Origin: Tubulanus polymorphus
Lineage: Eukaryota > Animalia > Nemertea
Reading direction: 5' to 3'
NCBI RefSeq assembly: GCF_964204645.1
Contig: NC_134034.1
Coordinates: 5,368,914-5,432,913 of the forward strand
DNA: 64,000 bases
Each line of letters opens with the position of its first letter. Position 1 is the stretch's first letter. Below, one piece after another: positions 1 through 13,960 of this stretch. Below the pieces are notes generated by a model. The model had not been told where the DNA came from, searched no databases, and saw nothing but the letters and a program-made list of their open reading frames with translations. A program made the translations under genes and the position numbers.

Positions 1-184
1 AACAAGGAGTTGAGAAAAACTGTTATCAGGAAATGCTGCATACATTACTGAGCGTACACTTTTGGTTGCATCAGCACTCAAAATATCAGTAAAAGAGAGT
101 GGAATAACGGCCTATTAGTTTATTCCATGAAATTAGTGATAGATTTGGAGGAATGATGCAACATTCACTTGCCCAGTTTATAGT

Positions 185-450
185 ATCCGCAACCACTTAT
201 TGGAAGCTACCACATGCGTAGAATCGAAGAGCAACAAACACTTGGAGTATGGAAGGAATGGCATGGTTTCTCCAGGTACGAGGTTGGAGGTCATCAGTGA
301 GATCAGTGATGAAAATAATGCCTTCTCTGTCGAAACGAAATCTTTGGTATATCTCTCGATCATCATAGATATCCATGGGATTTTCACGGTCACGAAATAT
401 TCATTGCCTTGGTACAACGTGTTGTAGTGCCTCTACTTCGAGCAGCCAAG
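185..450 (-). pseudogene. Harbinger/HARBI1-like transposase N-terminal remnant
   Basis: A frame absent from the ORF track reads *IFRDRENPMDIYDDREIYQRFRFDREGIIFITDL..LQPRTWRNHAIPSILQVFVALRFYACGSFQ*VVADTI. Confidence 0.8.
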
Positions 451-544
451 CAATAATGAGCCATTTTATGGCATCGACACCATACACACTAGGATTTAAG
501 GACTAAATGCTCACTTATCTCAACAGAAAAGGTACCTTAAAGTT

Positions 545-1807
545 GGCTGTTCGAATATCACGGATACCGGATACCGGACACCTAAATACCGGATACCGGA
601 TTCTCGAGATTGCGGAGTATATAGCGCATCGGGTCTAACGGTCAGCGGTAAACGGCAGTTCGTGTGATATCAAGTAGAAGAATAAAAGGCCTAGATTATT
701 TTCATAATACATCGGTATATGCTTTTCAAGTACAGTAGCATACAAATGTTACCGGTATAGACAATTCAATACAGATTTATTGCTTCCGAGTAATAACACG
801 ATTACATACGACAGACACGGTAACAAACAGTGGACAGAAAATATTTTTTATCATTCTGCCAATTTGAACGGATTACCGAATAGACCGTTACCGTTTTGGG
901 CAGAGCTACTATACAATACAAAATATCTTTATCATTCAATTTCACGAAGAAGGCCATTTTAATAAAGTTAAGCGTTATTGACGATCTATATTTTCATGAT
1001 CTTTAGAATCAAATTTAACATCAGGGTAAATAGTCATTTAGAGAAATGGTAGGTACCGGTATACGACGAATTGATTTTTGAAGGTTATACCAAAACAATT
1101 GGTGTCCAGGGGTGTTGATTTTCGACGATCGTCATGGACTCAATTTCATTTTTTAGGGACATCGTGATTGAGAATGAAATGTAGACATATCGTCCAATAA
1201 ATAGAATATACCGAATATTCTCCTCCATAAAATACGAAAACGAATTTTAATTCTTTGTTTGTAAATACTTGTATTTCATTGGTGTTCAGGTCAACTATTC
1301 CATCGTAAATCAACAAATACAAAATGTAGAGATCTTTAAAACAAACTTTATTAGAAGAAACGTTAGAACTGCCAGACTCGCTTATGGCTTTCTAACTTGA
1401 GATATAGGGCCTAGCAGTACTCAGCCCTATTAACGAAAGGATTTTACAGAAAAACCAAATAGGGCCACCAATACATATCCATCATCAGTGAAGTGAGAAA
1501 ATAAAAAATGAATATAACGTTTAACTTCACCTAACCAAAGAACAACAGTATTCAGAAAGAAATATGCATAATATTGAGATCGATGATGACACTAAAAACG
1601 TGAAAGCAGGCTGTAATCAGGCTAGCATAAAGACAAATAAGTTGGTTAGCCTCTGTAACAATTTGACAAATAAATTGTATGTCGCGGCAGTACTACTTAC
1701 AACAGCACGGAAACGACTCATTAGACCCGATGCGCTATATACTCCGCAATCTCGAGTATCCGGTATCCGGTATTTAGGTGTCCGGTATCCGTGATATTCG
1801 AACAGCC
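545..1807. mobile_element. Non-autonomous DNA transposon with about 90-bp TIRs and a 9-bp TSD (Mutator-like)
   Basis: TIR ggctgttcgaatatcacggataccgg.. at 545-638 and its reverse complement at 1721-1807. TSD cttaaagtt at 536-544 and 1808-1816. Confidence 0.88.
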
Positions 1808-2487
1808 CTTAAAGTTAAGGAATTTTTCAGGAACAATTTTTATCTTAAGACACTTTATGCATACCGCTTATTTTAAGGATATACTCTGAGCAAGAATTTA
1901 AGGAAATTCTTAATATTTAGGGAATTTTTTATCCTCAAGATGCTTTATGCATACCGGGCCAGGTGTTCCTATTAATGGGAGTTTTTGTTTATAGCGTGAT
2001 AAATGCGGCTCACTTAAAGCGTCTACGAAATCCGAGAGCACATATTGTTCGTGAAATTCCATCTTTTGTAGTAGAAATTGTATAGGCCTTTGTACGTATG
2101 TATACCGTGAAAGTGTCCCGTCCAACATGGCGGCCACATGTGTTACTATAGGCAACAGTCACGTGATCGAAAACTCTGTATTGGTATTGACTTTATGGTA
2201 CATAAGTCAAGCGTTCTTCGACTTCAACTGAAAATTGTTGTTCATTTGCAGTAAATTTTGGGAGTTGCATTTGGATTTGTGCCTAATAACTTTAACAAAT
2301 TGGATCACAAATTTCTTCATAGTCATATAAACAGTATGAATTCGATGAATCACAGTAATTAGGCATAGTTTACTGTACATCAAACTCGTAGGCAAAACTG
2401 AAACTTAATTTCATCGATGCTTGTCAGACCATCATTTCAAACGAAATAAATGTCTACAAATGAATACAGGCAATGAAAATATTCTGA

Positions 2488-4095
2488 ATTTCATTAGGAC
2501 AAGGCAATAGAGTACACGACACAGAAAACCTTCTTGCGAGTGAAGATGCCGCAACAGCAGAAAGAGTACAAGAACAAACGACACAGACAGACTTATCTGA
2601 AGATTATCTGAAACAACTGAATTTATTAAAAGAACAGCTGAAAAATGTCGAAAAGGAAAATGGCAATCTAAAAATCATTAATAGTCGCTTAGAAAACATA
2701 ATGACGGATAATAATGTTTTTACTATCTCTGAAGGTTCTCTAGATGATATATTCAAAGCTAGTATTGCATCAGGTTCTCGAACAAATGAACATCATTTTT
2801 GTAAACTGGAAAAACCAAACATCCATTTCAGAGACAGACTGAGAGCTTCCAAAGCAAAATCAATACTACAATTTATTTCACCCAAAGACCAAAGTATTAC
2901 TGAGGCTGCTAAATTAATTGCACATATGTTGAAGAAAGATGAGAATCTGAAAAATCTTGTAATCAATGAATTTCCAGAAATGAAAGGAACTAAGCTCACT
3001 CCTGAACAGTCAGTTGACTTGAAACTGAATTTGCATCTTACAATGACCAAAATGCTAGAATTAGACCGTAACTTGAAAATTCAAAATCTAAAGGTGTTTC
3101 CCTCATCAGATAAGATTCGAGCAGAACTAAAAAAACACAGTAATCACATCGATCAGAAAATATTCACTGGCGAAATGAATTTGGTGATCAATGCTCGAAC
3201 GCTAGAAGAAAAACTTGTCCCCTATGTATACATAGTGAATTTTAAATCCCATCTTAAATACGTTGTTAACAATTTGATAGTCACCAGAAAATTTGTGACG
3301 GATGAGCATTTTCATGATGAAATTTGGGTAAAGATCGGAGCCGATAAAGGCGGTGACTCTTCGAAGCTAGTACTGTCTGTACTAAATAGTACACTAATAA
3401 ACAGTACCGATCACACCGAGTTGATTTCATATTTCGAAGCTTTAGCTATAAGATTTTTTCTGATCGGCGATTTAGCTTTTCTGTGTACATGTATGGGCCA
3501 CCAGGGTTCATCGGCTTCTTATCCAAGCCTTTGGTGTGAAATTAGATTGGAACAGCTGAGAAAACGTGATGGTAAACCACACACACCTGATCATATGGAG
3601 TGCAGTGTAGAACTGTAGCCGATTATAATGTCAATGCTGAAAAGCAGCAACCAGGGCAAAACCCAAAAAGCATTTGCAATAAAATGCTTGTGAGGATTGA
3701 CGATTTGGACCATTTAGTTCCTCCTCCACTGCACATATCTTTGGGGTTAGGCCTATTATTCTTTGAGATGTTGGAGCAGAAATGCCAGGAAGTCGACAAT
3801 GAAGGTTTGAAAGATTGGGATATCGATTTGTACAGGAACTGGAAAGAAAGATCCCTAGATGTATGTGCAGTGCAGGAGGAATTAAATCAGTACAAGGAAA
3901 TGATTGTGACGCTTAATCAAACTGTTGACCAACTAAAACAATCCAAAAAAAGGGTCATTGTGTTATTAGATTTGTCTGATAAGAAACATTCCAATTGCCA
4001 AACAAAATGATTTTGTTGAGTGCATTGATTGCCACTCCCCCTACCACAAGCGATGTATATTTGGACCTACAGCAAATTTCAAATGTATTGAATGG
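2488..4095 (+). pseudogene. Transib/RAG1-core-related DDE transposase remnant with a coiled coil and a PHD-like finger
   Basis: WVKIGADKGG (first Asp), FFLIGDLAFL..MGHQGSSASYPSLWC (second Asp and degenerate CxxC), a frameshift at about 3600, then VPPPLHISLGLG and FVECIDCHSPYHKRC..FKCIEW after a second frameshift. Confidence 0.65.
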
Positions 4096-6399
4096 AATGT
4101 TGTACGGGGAAAACTATGTCAGCGGATAGTATAATCAAGCAGAAAATACACGAGATGTATAAAAGTGGATTGTTTATCAGTCTGAGAAAATTAAATGTAT
4201 ATGACACAAAACCACTAAGTTACGTCATAGTTCAGACAAATAGCCTACTGACTAGTCAGTGATAGATTAATAATAAACAGAACAACAACATTATACTAAA
4301 TGACAATAATTCGCAATGGGCGGCCTATTTATGTTGTGTTCTTGTACTCAATAAAGGTCGTAATGAGACACTGCGGAATTCACTGGAGCCACGAAACCAT
4401 ACGCAGAACTTTAAAGCGTATGAAATTCCGCTTTTACCAAAAATGGATAGGAAAAAAATTCGTAAGTGAGAGGATTGATGTATTGATAGAGCGAGACACC
4501 ATTACCTTCGAAGAATTTGGCCAATTTCAGACCAGAGCATGGACCAGTTTATAATGGTGGAAGGGAACAGGGTGGAAATTATATTCTGTATTATTTTTCG
4601 CCTTGATCAATTTTTGATGCAGATTCAGAATCATGCCCGCGAATATTAATTCAACTGCTACTTTTGCATGCGATATGCACTCCTAATTCAGCGATCCGCT
4701 TAGCAACACGATGTCGACAAATTGGATAGTGCGCATGCACTGTGAGCCGGAAATGGTCTCGCGATAGCATTACGCGGCCGTATGCTGGACAAATATTCGA
4801 CGATAGATGACAACAAAGACGGATTTGACAAAAAAGTAATATATTTTAGAATGCAAATCTTATACTCAAGACATTTATGTATGGATAAGGTAAATCGGTT
4901 CATTATTAACGAAAAAACGGAACAAAACGTCGCACGAAGACCATGTGTGACAGACTTCATCAAATAAAAAGGAAGGGCAAAAAGGCCTAGGCCTACCAGG
5001 TACACTGGACAGTACAGGAGACCTAGTTAAACTGTAATCTGCCTTACAAAAGATCTGATAAATACTTAAACGCTTATTTGGCAGCACACATTTCCTAAAT
5101 AGACTCTCTGCCGTTAAGGGAGAACTCTTTTAAGCTTTTATCTTCGATGAAGCATCGCGTTCATCATCGATTTAATAAACCTGGAAGTAAAAGTAAACGT
5201 CAATATCGAGTAACTAACACACTGCATCTTCCCAAGAATTGTCTCAATTTCAAACATGAACCAATTGAGGTATAAATATGAAGCGATGGTCCGTGTTTAA
5301 CTGAGACAGACATCTAAAATACGCGTGAAACGGCAATAATCCGCAGTCGTGTCGCTAGCGAAAAGGCGGCCATTGTTATTTCTCGGAACCTATGTATCGG
5401 CTTGCTGTCACCGAATCAATTCAATTAAACTTCGGTCAAGGTCATTTATAGTTAGTATTAGCTCTACGGTCGTGACCAAAAACTTTATCGTACTAGCAGT
5501 CCGGGTCTATTTTGATTTCACAGAAACGCATGTATGCAAAAAGAAAAGCAATTTGCTTCGATTTCGGTAAATTTTTGATTATTTCACAAAAACACGATGT
5601 CAGAATTCTATGAAATTTTCAGATTATAAAATAGATACTATATGACACCTCTGATAAAAAAATCAGATCTCAGGACCATCTAAATAAAAAGTGTGCCACC
5701 CGTTTTACTGAAATTTTTCGCGATAGGCAAATGCATGACGTCATCAGCTAGTGATAGCAAAAGCGAACTACTTTTATATCTTTGGCACCATATCCACCGA
5801 CAGAAATGCATTCGGAGGAAGAATAATGTTACCAATACTTGAATCTATTAGCAAATTCCCTCATTATTTGGAATGTCTACATTCCACACGATGATGGCTG
5901 TTAGTCAACAGTCAAAATGTGTCAGTTTTATATTGACAAATCTTATCATATTGAAAATTCTATTACGGGATTTCTGACTAATTAATACCGTATAGTGCTG
6001 GAGATAATTTGAAAATTTTTAAAATTCCACCCTAGTGTGCTGAATAACTGGAATACCACTATAAAGCGTCTACACCGCGGCGCAGTGTATCGTTAGTTAC
6101 TAGCTTTTCACTTTGTTTGACAGGTGCTGCCATTTTTCAAGATAGATAATTACTAATTACATCAATACACCACAATGTGGTGTACTAGCAAAATCTATCA
6201 CTGATTTATACACCGGACTGCGGTGTAGATGCACTGAAAGGGTTAATTGAAAAAGAAATCAATTCTTTCCTGATAAAGGCTTTTATCTCCTTACCTAGGA
6301 CACAGGCCAGTCAAGATTCATTTGTTCACATAAGCGTTGGAAAACTCCTAATGCCACGCAGTTAGAACAAAAACCGATGACAGAGCACTACTGGAAAAA

Positions 6400-7160
6400 T
6401 AACTTGTCAGTGCAAATCTACCCGAGGAGCCTAGATGAGAGAATTCGGAACCCAGAAATAAATCTGCTCCAAGTTACCAAAGAGCATTCAACATAACAAG
6501 GTCTCGTTGAAATTGCTTAAGTTCACGGTAAAGAATCAAAACTGGAAGTCATCTAAGAATCCACCATGGTCGAAGAATATATGTATGCATTATAGTTTTG
6601 ACTACATGCAGCAAATCGATTCAATGCAGCCAGGACCCAATGTACCTTTTGGTACCGAGAAAGTGTGGTTTGTTTGGGATATGCTGCGAGGCATTTCCCA
6701 AACCGGTTGAATTCTAGATAAATCTGTCACCATCGGAAGGGGATTGAACACAGTGAGCAGCTATTTAGGTCACTTTTTGAGAACTATGGATTAGGAGAAA
6801 CAGAATAACGCATTAGCTGTGAAAATTTGTACAGGCCAGAATAAGAATAACTTCATGGCCTGGTACTAAATGTGGCGTGTTATGTAAGGTCTGCACACAT
6901 CGAAACGCATTTCCTTGTAGCTTGCCATACAAATTTGCATCAGACTGGTGTTTCGGTCTGATCAAACTATGGTATAGAAGGACATTTTTGTCATGCTTAG
7001 ATGTGATGCTATAAATTACAGTACCTTACCAAACGTCAACATTTCACAGAAGGTTGCTCTGCAAGAAAGGATATCTGGAGTACCACAGAGTGATTTTCAG
7101 AAAAGTTTCTCGCTAAATCCGTAGGAAAATGCCTGCTATAAAGATGTACAATCACTTCAG
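6400..7160 (+). pseudogene. Sola-type DDD transposase remnant
   Basis: Across several frameshifts: MHYSFDYMQQ..QPGP..SVTIGRGLNTVSSYL.HF.NYGLGETE..CTGQNKNNFMAWY*MWRV..HFLVACHT.FASDWCFGLIK. Confidence 0.65.
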
Positions 7161-7625
7161 GTGCCCAATAACATGTATTTCTATATCATGTTGTACTAGG
7201 CCAGTAAGAAGTTGTTATTGGCTGGTGCTCAAACAATGTCATAGCTTTTTAATAACCGGTGTTCAATTTTACGTCTTTCAAATTCAGTTCTCAAGCCCCA
7301 GAATTAGTTTTCCTACATGAGAATTCCGATTCAGAGGAATAGCTGTAAACGTCATGAAAACTGGCGTATGAACTGTGGCTCCAGTATATGCTGATTTCAT
7401 TCCACCTCCAGAATTAGATATAAAGACAAAACTATCTGTATAAGACAATTCACGAAGGCCATAACATGCCCAGCTCCCGAAATTGACATTGATTCTGTGA
7501 TGAGTACCCATATATATATATTAAATGCATTTCTTATATTATATGCATTTCTCACTACATAATTGATAATCAGAAAATACGAAATTTTGTCATATTTCAC
7601 CATTTTTGTTTCCAAAAACATTAAA

Positions 7626-8669
7626 CAGGGATGAAAACAGCGGTGTTTAAAAAACGCAGAAAAATTTGAAATAAAGTATTGCAACACGGAAGGTGCGAAG
7701 CCCCTAAAGGGGGGTTTGGGGAAAATATTAAAATTTCAAGGAGTTTTTGGCGCATTTGAGGCCCATTTTCCAATGACAAAATAAAACTGCTGATGTCTTG
7801 AGTACATGAAAAGGATGGCTCCAACGATATCTAAATCACTAGAACATGTTCATACTTAAATGAACTTGTCAATAAATAAGTCGCAAGAGGAGCCCCTATC
7901 TATAACTTTCCAATTTATCACTCAAGCCAGGGATGAAAACGGCCCATATTGAAAAAGTCGGAAAATATTTTCAAAAAAAAAGAATTTTTTTGTCAGTAAC
8001 TTTTAGTCAAAAAACTTACTTCCTCTTGGTCAAAAAGTTAATAGTTTGGGACTCAATTAGAGCCGCTTTTTGAATGAGACGCCATATTGGTTTCTCCAAC
8101 TCCACAGTTGTGCTAACAACTGCCGAAAAACCGTCTTAAGGAGCACTCCTAACTACAGAGCGCTCCAATGTGACGCCCGCGATTGAGGTGATTAAAGCGA
8201 TTGAGGTGATTTACACTGTTCTCAGGAATAAAGAAAATGTTAGAAAAGGTCGGAAATCCATCTATGGTCGGAAGATTTTCATCCCTGTCAAGCCAAGCGT
8301 ATTGCGCCTGAATTAAAACAATGACTACTTTTATTGAGCACGTAGACTATGCTTTGTTGGATGAATTGAAGAGCGCGACCACAGATTCTTAGATTTCCTG
8401 CGCAGCGCTATTGCATGTATATATATTATTGATCTGCACAGTGATTCTAGACAATGATCTTGTAAAAAAAGATTTCAGAGATTGTAGCACCGGTTTTATG
8501 AGACGATTTCACGGTCTGTTTTTTTAAGTATGCTATGATCTAACATCAACTTTTCCCCAAGACCCTTACCCCCCCCCCCCTATCATTTTCTCAATGGATC
8601 TACATCGATCTCAAGAATAATAAAAATGGACCTCCAACCGTGGAAATCGGCGGAAGATTATCATCCCTG
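7626..8669. mobile_element. Nested pair of CAGGGATG-ended (hAT-like) MITEs; inner copy 7928-8287
   Basis: Termini cagggatgaaaa / tcatccctg. The inner copy is flanked by a 6-bp duplication tcaagc and the outer copy by attaaa/attaga. Confidence 0.6.
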
Positions 8670-8690
8670 ATTAGAGGCCTATACAAGGAT

Positions 8691-9304
8691 TAGGGATGTT
8701 CCATTAAGTACGTACAAATGGTCAACGTAGGACCTCATTGTACAATGCCTGAAATACGTACCATAGGTAGGGTCAATTTAGATTTAGTGGAAGTAATGAA
8801 TGAAAGACAATCTAATCAAAAGCAGTGTCAGGCCTTATCTCATTGCTGAGCAACACTCTAACTTTCACTTGGTTTGTATTGATTATGAGGCCTGACAGCA
8901 GTGAAATAAATGCATTTATTTAAAGTATATATAAATTCATTTATTTGTCCAATTGTTGTTAACTGGTTAACTATGGTTTTCCTTTACGCATGTGTGTTGT
9001 CTTGTGTACAAGACATGAAGACACCATGTCGGAATTAAAAGTGTGTGTACATGTCCTACGGTCCTAAAATGTGATTCAATTCGAGATAATAATAGAACCC
9101 ATTGAAATCTATCGATGTGTATCACGTATATTCAAGTACATATGTTTTACATATCAAAGACAGTGTCTGGATTAAGTAACGTAGATTTATTAACTTTGCG
9201 TACACAGGGACCAGTTAAACATATGCGTACCTCATGCATACAAAAGGAAGGACCTCATATCTTTAGCCACTTCCAAGCATACGTACTTTATGGACCATCC
9301 CTTA
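8691..9304. mobile_element. Harbinger/Tourist-like MITE (similar element at about 55525-56003)
   Basis: Imperfect TIRs tagggatgttccattaagtacgta / tacgtactttatggaccatccctta in a TTA context. Confidence 0.5.
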
Positions 9305-10550
9305 CCAAACTCTCTCTTTGCTACCTTAACCGTAAAATAAACGACACTCTTGCTATGACATCTAAAACAAGCAGTCACGTTGTTTTTTTCTATACCTCAC
9401 CGTTACCATCGTAACGACATGGTGCCGTGACCAGGATACTATCAAACCGAAAACCTCTAGGCGATCAAAATGCCGAAGAAAAAAAAACGCTGGACTAGCT
9501 CCGAAAACAACGACAAGCAGACATCGTTACATTTGATACAAACTACGAACAAATCTTAATACATATGCAAGTAGTCAATGTCGCTGAAGACGATGCAACT
9601 AAAATTGGAGCACGATTGGACGAGATGCGACTGGTCCACGAATCGAGAGAAACACTAGCAGAAAGAATCCAAGAAATGCGAAAAGACAACGATGAATTCG
9701 AAAAAGAAATCAAAGATTCGAATGAAAGACGCAGCCAGGAACGTATAATGCTCTTGAAAATCAAAAATTAGCTCCACAATCGTAATCATCAGAACATCAA
9801 GCCTGAGCAGATCCAGGATACCGACATTCAGAAGACCACGCAGCTACCCAAACTCAAATTACCAACGTTCAGTGGGAATAATTCTGATTGGACATCATTT
9901 TGGGAGACAATACAAGCTAACGTATTGATGGGAAAATTCTCCCGAATCACGAAATTCAACTACATAATCGGCAGCTGAGAGGTAATGCACTTGATGCCGT
10001 CAAGGGTATCCACGTGTCCGGTTCTAATTTGGACTCTTTGATATCAATACTTACGGATCGATTCGGTCAGAAACGAAAAATAGTTTGTGCTCACGTTAAC
10101 CACCCTTACGAATTACCAGCAGCAGCTATGAACCTAGCGTCGCTACGCATGTGCCTCATTTATTGTAACATCCTTGGAAAAGAAAATTCCAAGAGTCTAT
10201 CTCAAAAAGATGGGCACATGTGGCCAAGCAGGTGATTTTGAACTCGATAATTTACTAAGAAATTCGAAGAACAACTTAAAAACATCGGAGAAATCACATC
10301 AACATCGTCTAACCAACAGTGACCGAGAATGACAACTATGTCTTTTGTCGGAAACCAGCGAGGATACCAGTGTCCATTCTGCGACGGAGAACATGGACCT
10401 ACCAGATGTAATCGAAATCTCGAAATCAAAAAGCGAAAACAGAAGAGAGGCAACTGTGTATTAATTGCCTGAAACCGAACCATCGAGTAAAAGATTGCCG
10501 GAATTCGGGTAGATGTATGAAGTGCAACAGTCATCACACGAGTCTACATA
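9305..10550 (+). mobile_element. BEL/Pao LTR retrotransposon remnant: LTR 3' end, tRNA-His PBS and degenerate gag
   Basis: ..gtaacgaca is followed by TGGTGCCGTGACCAGGAT (9420-9437). Gag fragments: LPKLKLPTFSGNNSDWTSFWE, LTDRFGQKRKIV..H, and zinc knuckles CPFCDGEH..C, CINCLKPNHRVKDC, CMKC..HTSLH. Confidence 0.85.
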
Positions 10551-12246
10551 GTCTACATTCAAGCCAAATTTGGCAAAATCTGGGCAATGGTTGCTAAGGA
10601 GAATATGCATATACCACAAATGAAGCTTCAACTAAAAATTTTCTCAAAAGTTCCGTCTAAAAATTGGCGCTACATATATTTTTGTTATGTTAAATTGATC
10701 CTTTTTTAACAATTTTCATCCTAGATTAAAATTCTATATACCATCGGAAAGCTTAGGAGATATGCTCTTGTATCAACTAGGAATAGAGATAAATTTAGAC
10801 ATAGATATCCGGACACTAAGTCATTTAAAATTCAATCAGTTTGTTCATTGATTAGTGTTCATTGATGAGTATGACACCTGACAACGCCTGTCCCGCCAAG
10901 GACTGGCTGTCTCATTTTGTATTTTCTCTGGTTGAGACTGCTTATGCTTAGCTATTCTAGTGAGAAACATATTGTCCTGTCTTCGTTTGAGTACTAGGCC
11001 TATCCGTGTATAAATGTGATGTTAATGTTCTGAACGGGGGAATATTGTATGATTGTCAACCCGGATCCAATTCAGGATACAGAATCATGGGTGGCATAAG
11101 GAATTTTCCACGGGGTGCGTACGCAATATTTAACTAAAAATCGCCGAAGGGCGGAGCCCGCGAGGGGGGCACAGGGGGAGAGCGAGAGGGGAATGTGCAA
11201 ATTATGGAGATGCATTCTGACGCTATCTACTAGGCCCATAACCAACGAATACATCAAGAACAATGGGACCTAACCATCCACAAATATCAATGATTCCATC
11301 TAATATTTGCCCCTCACCGAGCTGGATCTGCCCTTCAGGTAGAAATATTTTAGGCTTCATGACAAACGCTACTTGTCATATGACATGTATTACAACACGT
11401 GCCACTTCAAACTGGCACAGTTCAAAGCCACATGGCAGTTGCTGGCTCGCAACAGCTATTAGAGAAGTTTCGCAATATCACGAATACAACTATCATCACT
11501 TACTGATTGAGACACCCGCTAATAAAAGTTTAGCCCATCAATTTTGACAGCTGTTCAATGTGATAGGCCCTATGGTTTAATTGATAATGATGAACTGAAA
11601 TTGGTTGACTGGTGACGACACATCAACGATTGTTAAGTGCTGCCACCGCATTATCAGACCTGCCAACCCCGTGTCTGACTTAATCAGAACAATATCATAA
11701 ATTTTCAGTAATATCTGAAGTTTTTTCAAGCGTGTAATGTATAATATGACGCCGGATGAAAAAAATTGTTAATCTTACTTGATTTTGCGTTGTTCTTTCA
11801 TTTCAATTGATATTGTACATTAGTAATACCGGCATGAGACGTGTAGATTATAATTGTCAACTCCTAACACTTAACTCGTCACTAGTCTGTACAAAAAAAG
11901 GTGCGAGGCTCTACGAAAAATTCATGCAAGTAAACTTGACAACAGTGTATCATCTTCAAAATGGTGGGCTTCCTGCTCTTTGTTGCCGGTCCGTTATAGA
12001 TTAGGTTCATCACTTATATCAGATAAAATGATGTCTAAATCTATTTAATCAATGCAATCCTGGTCGCGGTAGCCACCATGTACAGACACACTGATAACAG
12101 CAGACAACCAATGCCACTGGTTGGCGGTGAGAGGTCGTTGTTAAGAAATATTTTTTTTTCCAATTTATTTTTCATTTTGACCAAATAAATAACACAGAAT
12201 CATTGATTGATATACAAATAAATGAACTTAGTCAGGTTACAACTTC

Positions 12247-12621
12247 CATAGAAGTGTAAACTGAAGGGAAGGCCGACTCCCTTTCTTGCCGCTAGGTACC
12301 GCTAGTAGTCTTGTGATTTACACCGGTTGCGATAAACCCGGAAGTAAGTTGTCATTTTCAAGGATTTTTAAGAAGTAATTTAGTAATAATGCACCGAGGA
12401 GGTCTGAATTGCTGTGTTCCCGGCTGTACAAATTATTATGTAAGACCAAAGGATCGATTATCAGTTATGTGGGTTTCCCGCAGGCCGGTGGAATACACGA
12501 CGATTGGAAGAGGCAGCTGATTCATGCTGTCAGTCTTGCTGACAGCAAATTCAACCGGGATAAGCATAAAATCTGTACTCTTCATTTTGAGCCCCGTTCT
12601 TTGCTTTTTCACGGTAAGTGA
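12247..12621 (+). pseudogene. Frameshifted THAP zinc-finger exon, probably from a P-element-type transposon
   Basis: ATG at 12389: MHRGGLNCCVPGCTNYY / KTKGSIISYVGFP..WKRQLIHAVS..KICTLHFEP (C2CH signature), then a gtaagt donor. A CATAGA terminus-like motif lies at 12247. Confidence 0.7.
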
Positions 12622-13061
12622 AGTGGAATACCTGGACTTAAAGGGTTGAATTGTAAACTGTTGTAGGCCTCTCCATCATTGTTTCATGCTGTCTGGTAAA
12701 ATGTTTTGAACGATAAATGGCCTTAATCTTAAATGATAATGTTTAATAGCAATTAATAGTATTCTCCTATTTTAGTTTCTGATAATAAAATCACCAGGTT
12801 TGCTTTTTTGCGACATATTTTTTAAGAAATGTAACATAGCTTGAGTTTTTCATAAAACTTAATGAAAATACATTAAAAAATCGTATTTTTGACCACCCAC
12901 TCGTAACACCGTAATTTGTGCTGTCAATCCGTAACCATTATGGGAAAATCGTAACAGTCTGCATTATCGAGGTCAATTCCCTATGTGATGATCATTTGGG
13001 AATTTTTTAAAGGGGGGACGTACGCACCCCGACCCCCTTCTGGTGCCGCCCATGAGAACGA

Positions 13062-13960
13062 GAACAAGAGCCCCAAGGGGCACTGTGGCCAGCCTGTCAG
13101 CTTTTCATAAAATGGCAAATGATGCATTCTGTGGGTTAAATTTGTCCAAATACACAGCCCAGCTCATAGACTAGTCAAGCCCAGGCTAATAATTTACACA
13201 ATTCAATCTTGTTTTCATAAGTAGCACAGACAGCGACTGGAGCTGGCAGGAAAAAATACCTCAGATAAATCTTTTTCACTTGGTCGTATTGATTTGAATG
13301 CGGAATAGAATTGCATTTTCTGAAATTTGCTCAATAAAACAAAATTGAATTGGATTTGCTGTTTTACCTTGTTCAATAGAGTAAAATGGAACTGGATTTG
13401 ATATTTTTTTGCAGAATAAAATTTGATTGAATGTGCAGCAAATGGCCAATTAGCATATCAAGGGCATCCATCCGATTTGAGAAAAAAACTATTTTTCCTG
13501 GACTTTGCACAAATGTCAATGATAATTTCTGTAGTGCAAATAAAGATATTTTTCCCAAAAAACCAAATCAACTAAAGACTTCACAGAAATCAATATTGAA
13601 ATACAATTTTAGATCATAGAATAAAACCCGTAAGTAAAACGGTAGACGATACCGTGGGTTCATGTGAACACCTGCTGATCTCTGTGGCTAAGCCAATCAT
13701 AGAGGAGTCTTTGTTTTCTGATTGGCTTTTAAAAACAGATATTTTTGTGATCAGAATCGGGTGAAAAAGCTCATATAAATTTTTACGAGGCCCTATTTCA
13801 AAATCCAGCTTCATAGGGGTTGGAGAATGGATAATGCTTAATGAATTTGTTTGAATACATGCTCAGTTGCACAGTCAATGGGCCTTAGCTCTGGAAACCA
13901 TGTCATTTAAATTCGCTCCACTTGTATAGTAATAGGCTCAGCCTGCGGCTGGCCTAATAA
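13062..13960 (+). mobile_element. HINE-like repeat family 2 (related pieces at about 18960-19170 inverted, 19850-20270 and 49440-50090)
   Basis: Shared sequence ending in the hairpin taggctcagcc..ggctggccta. Starts aacaagagcccc. Confidence 0.55.
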
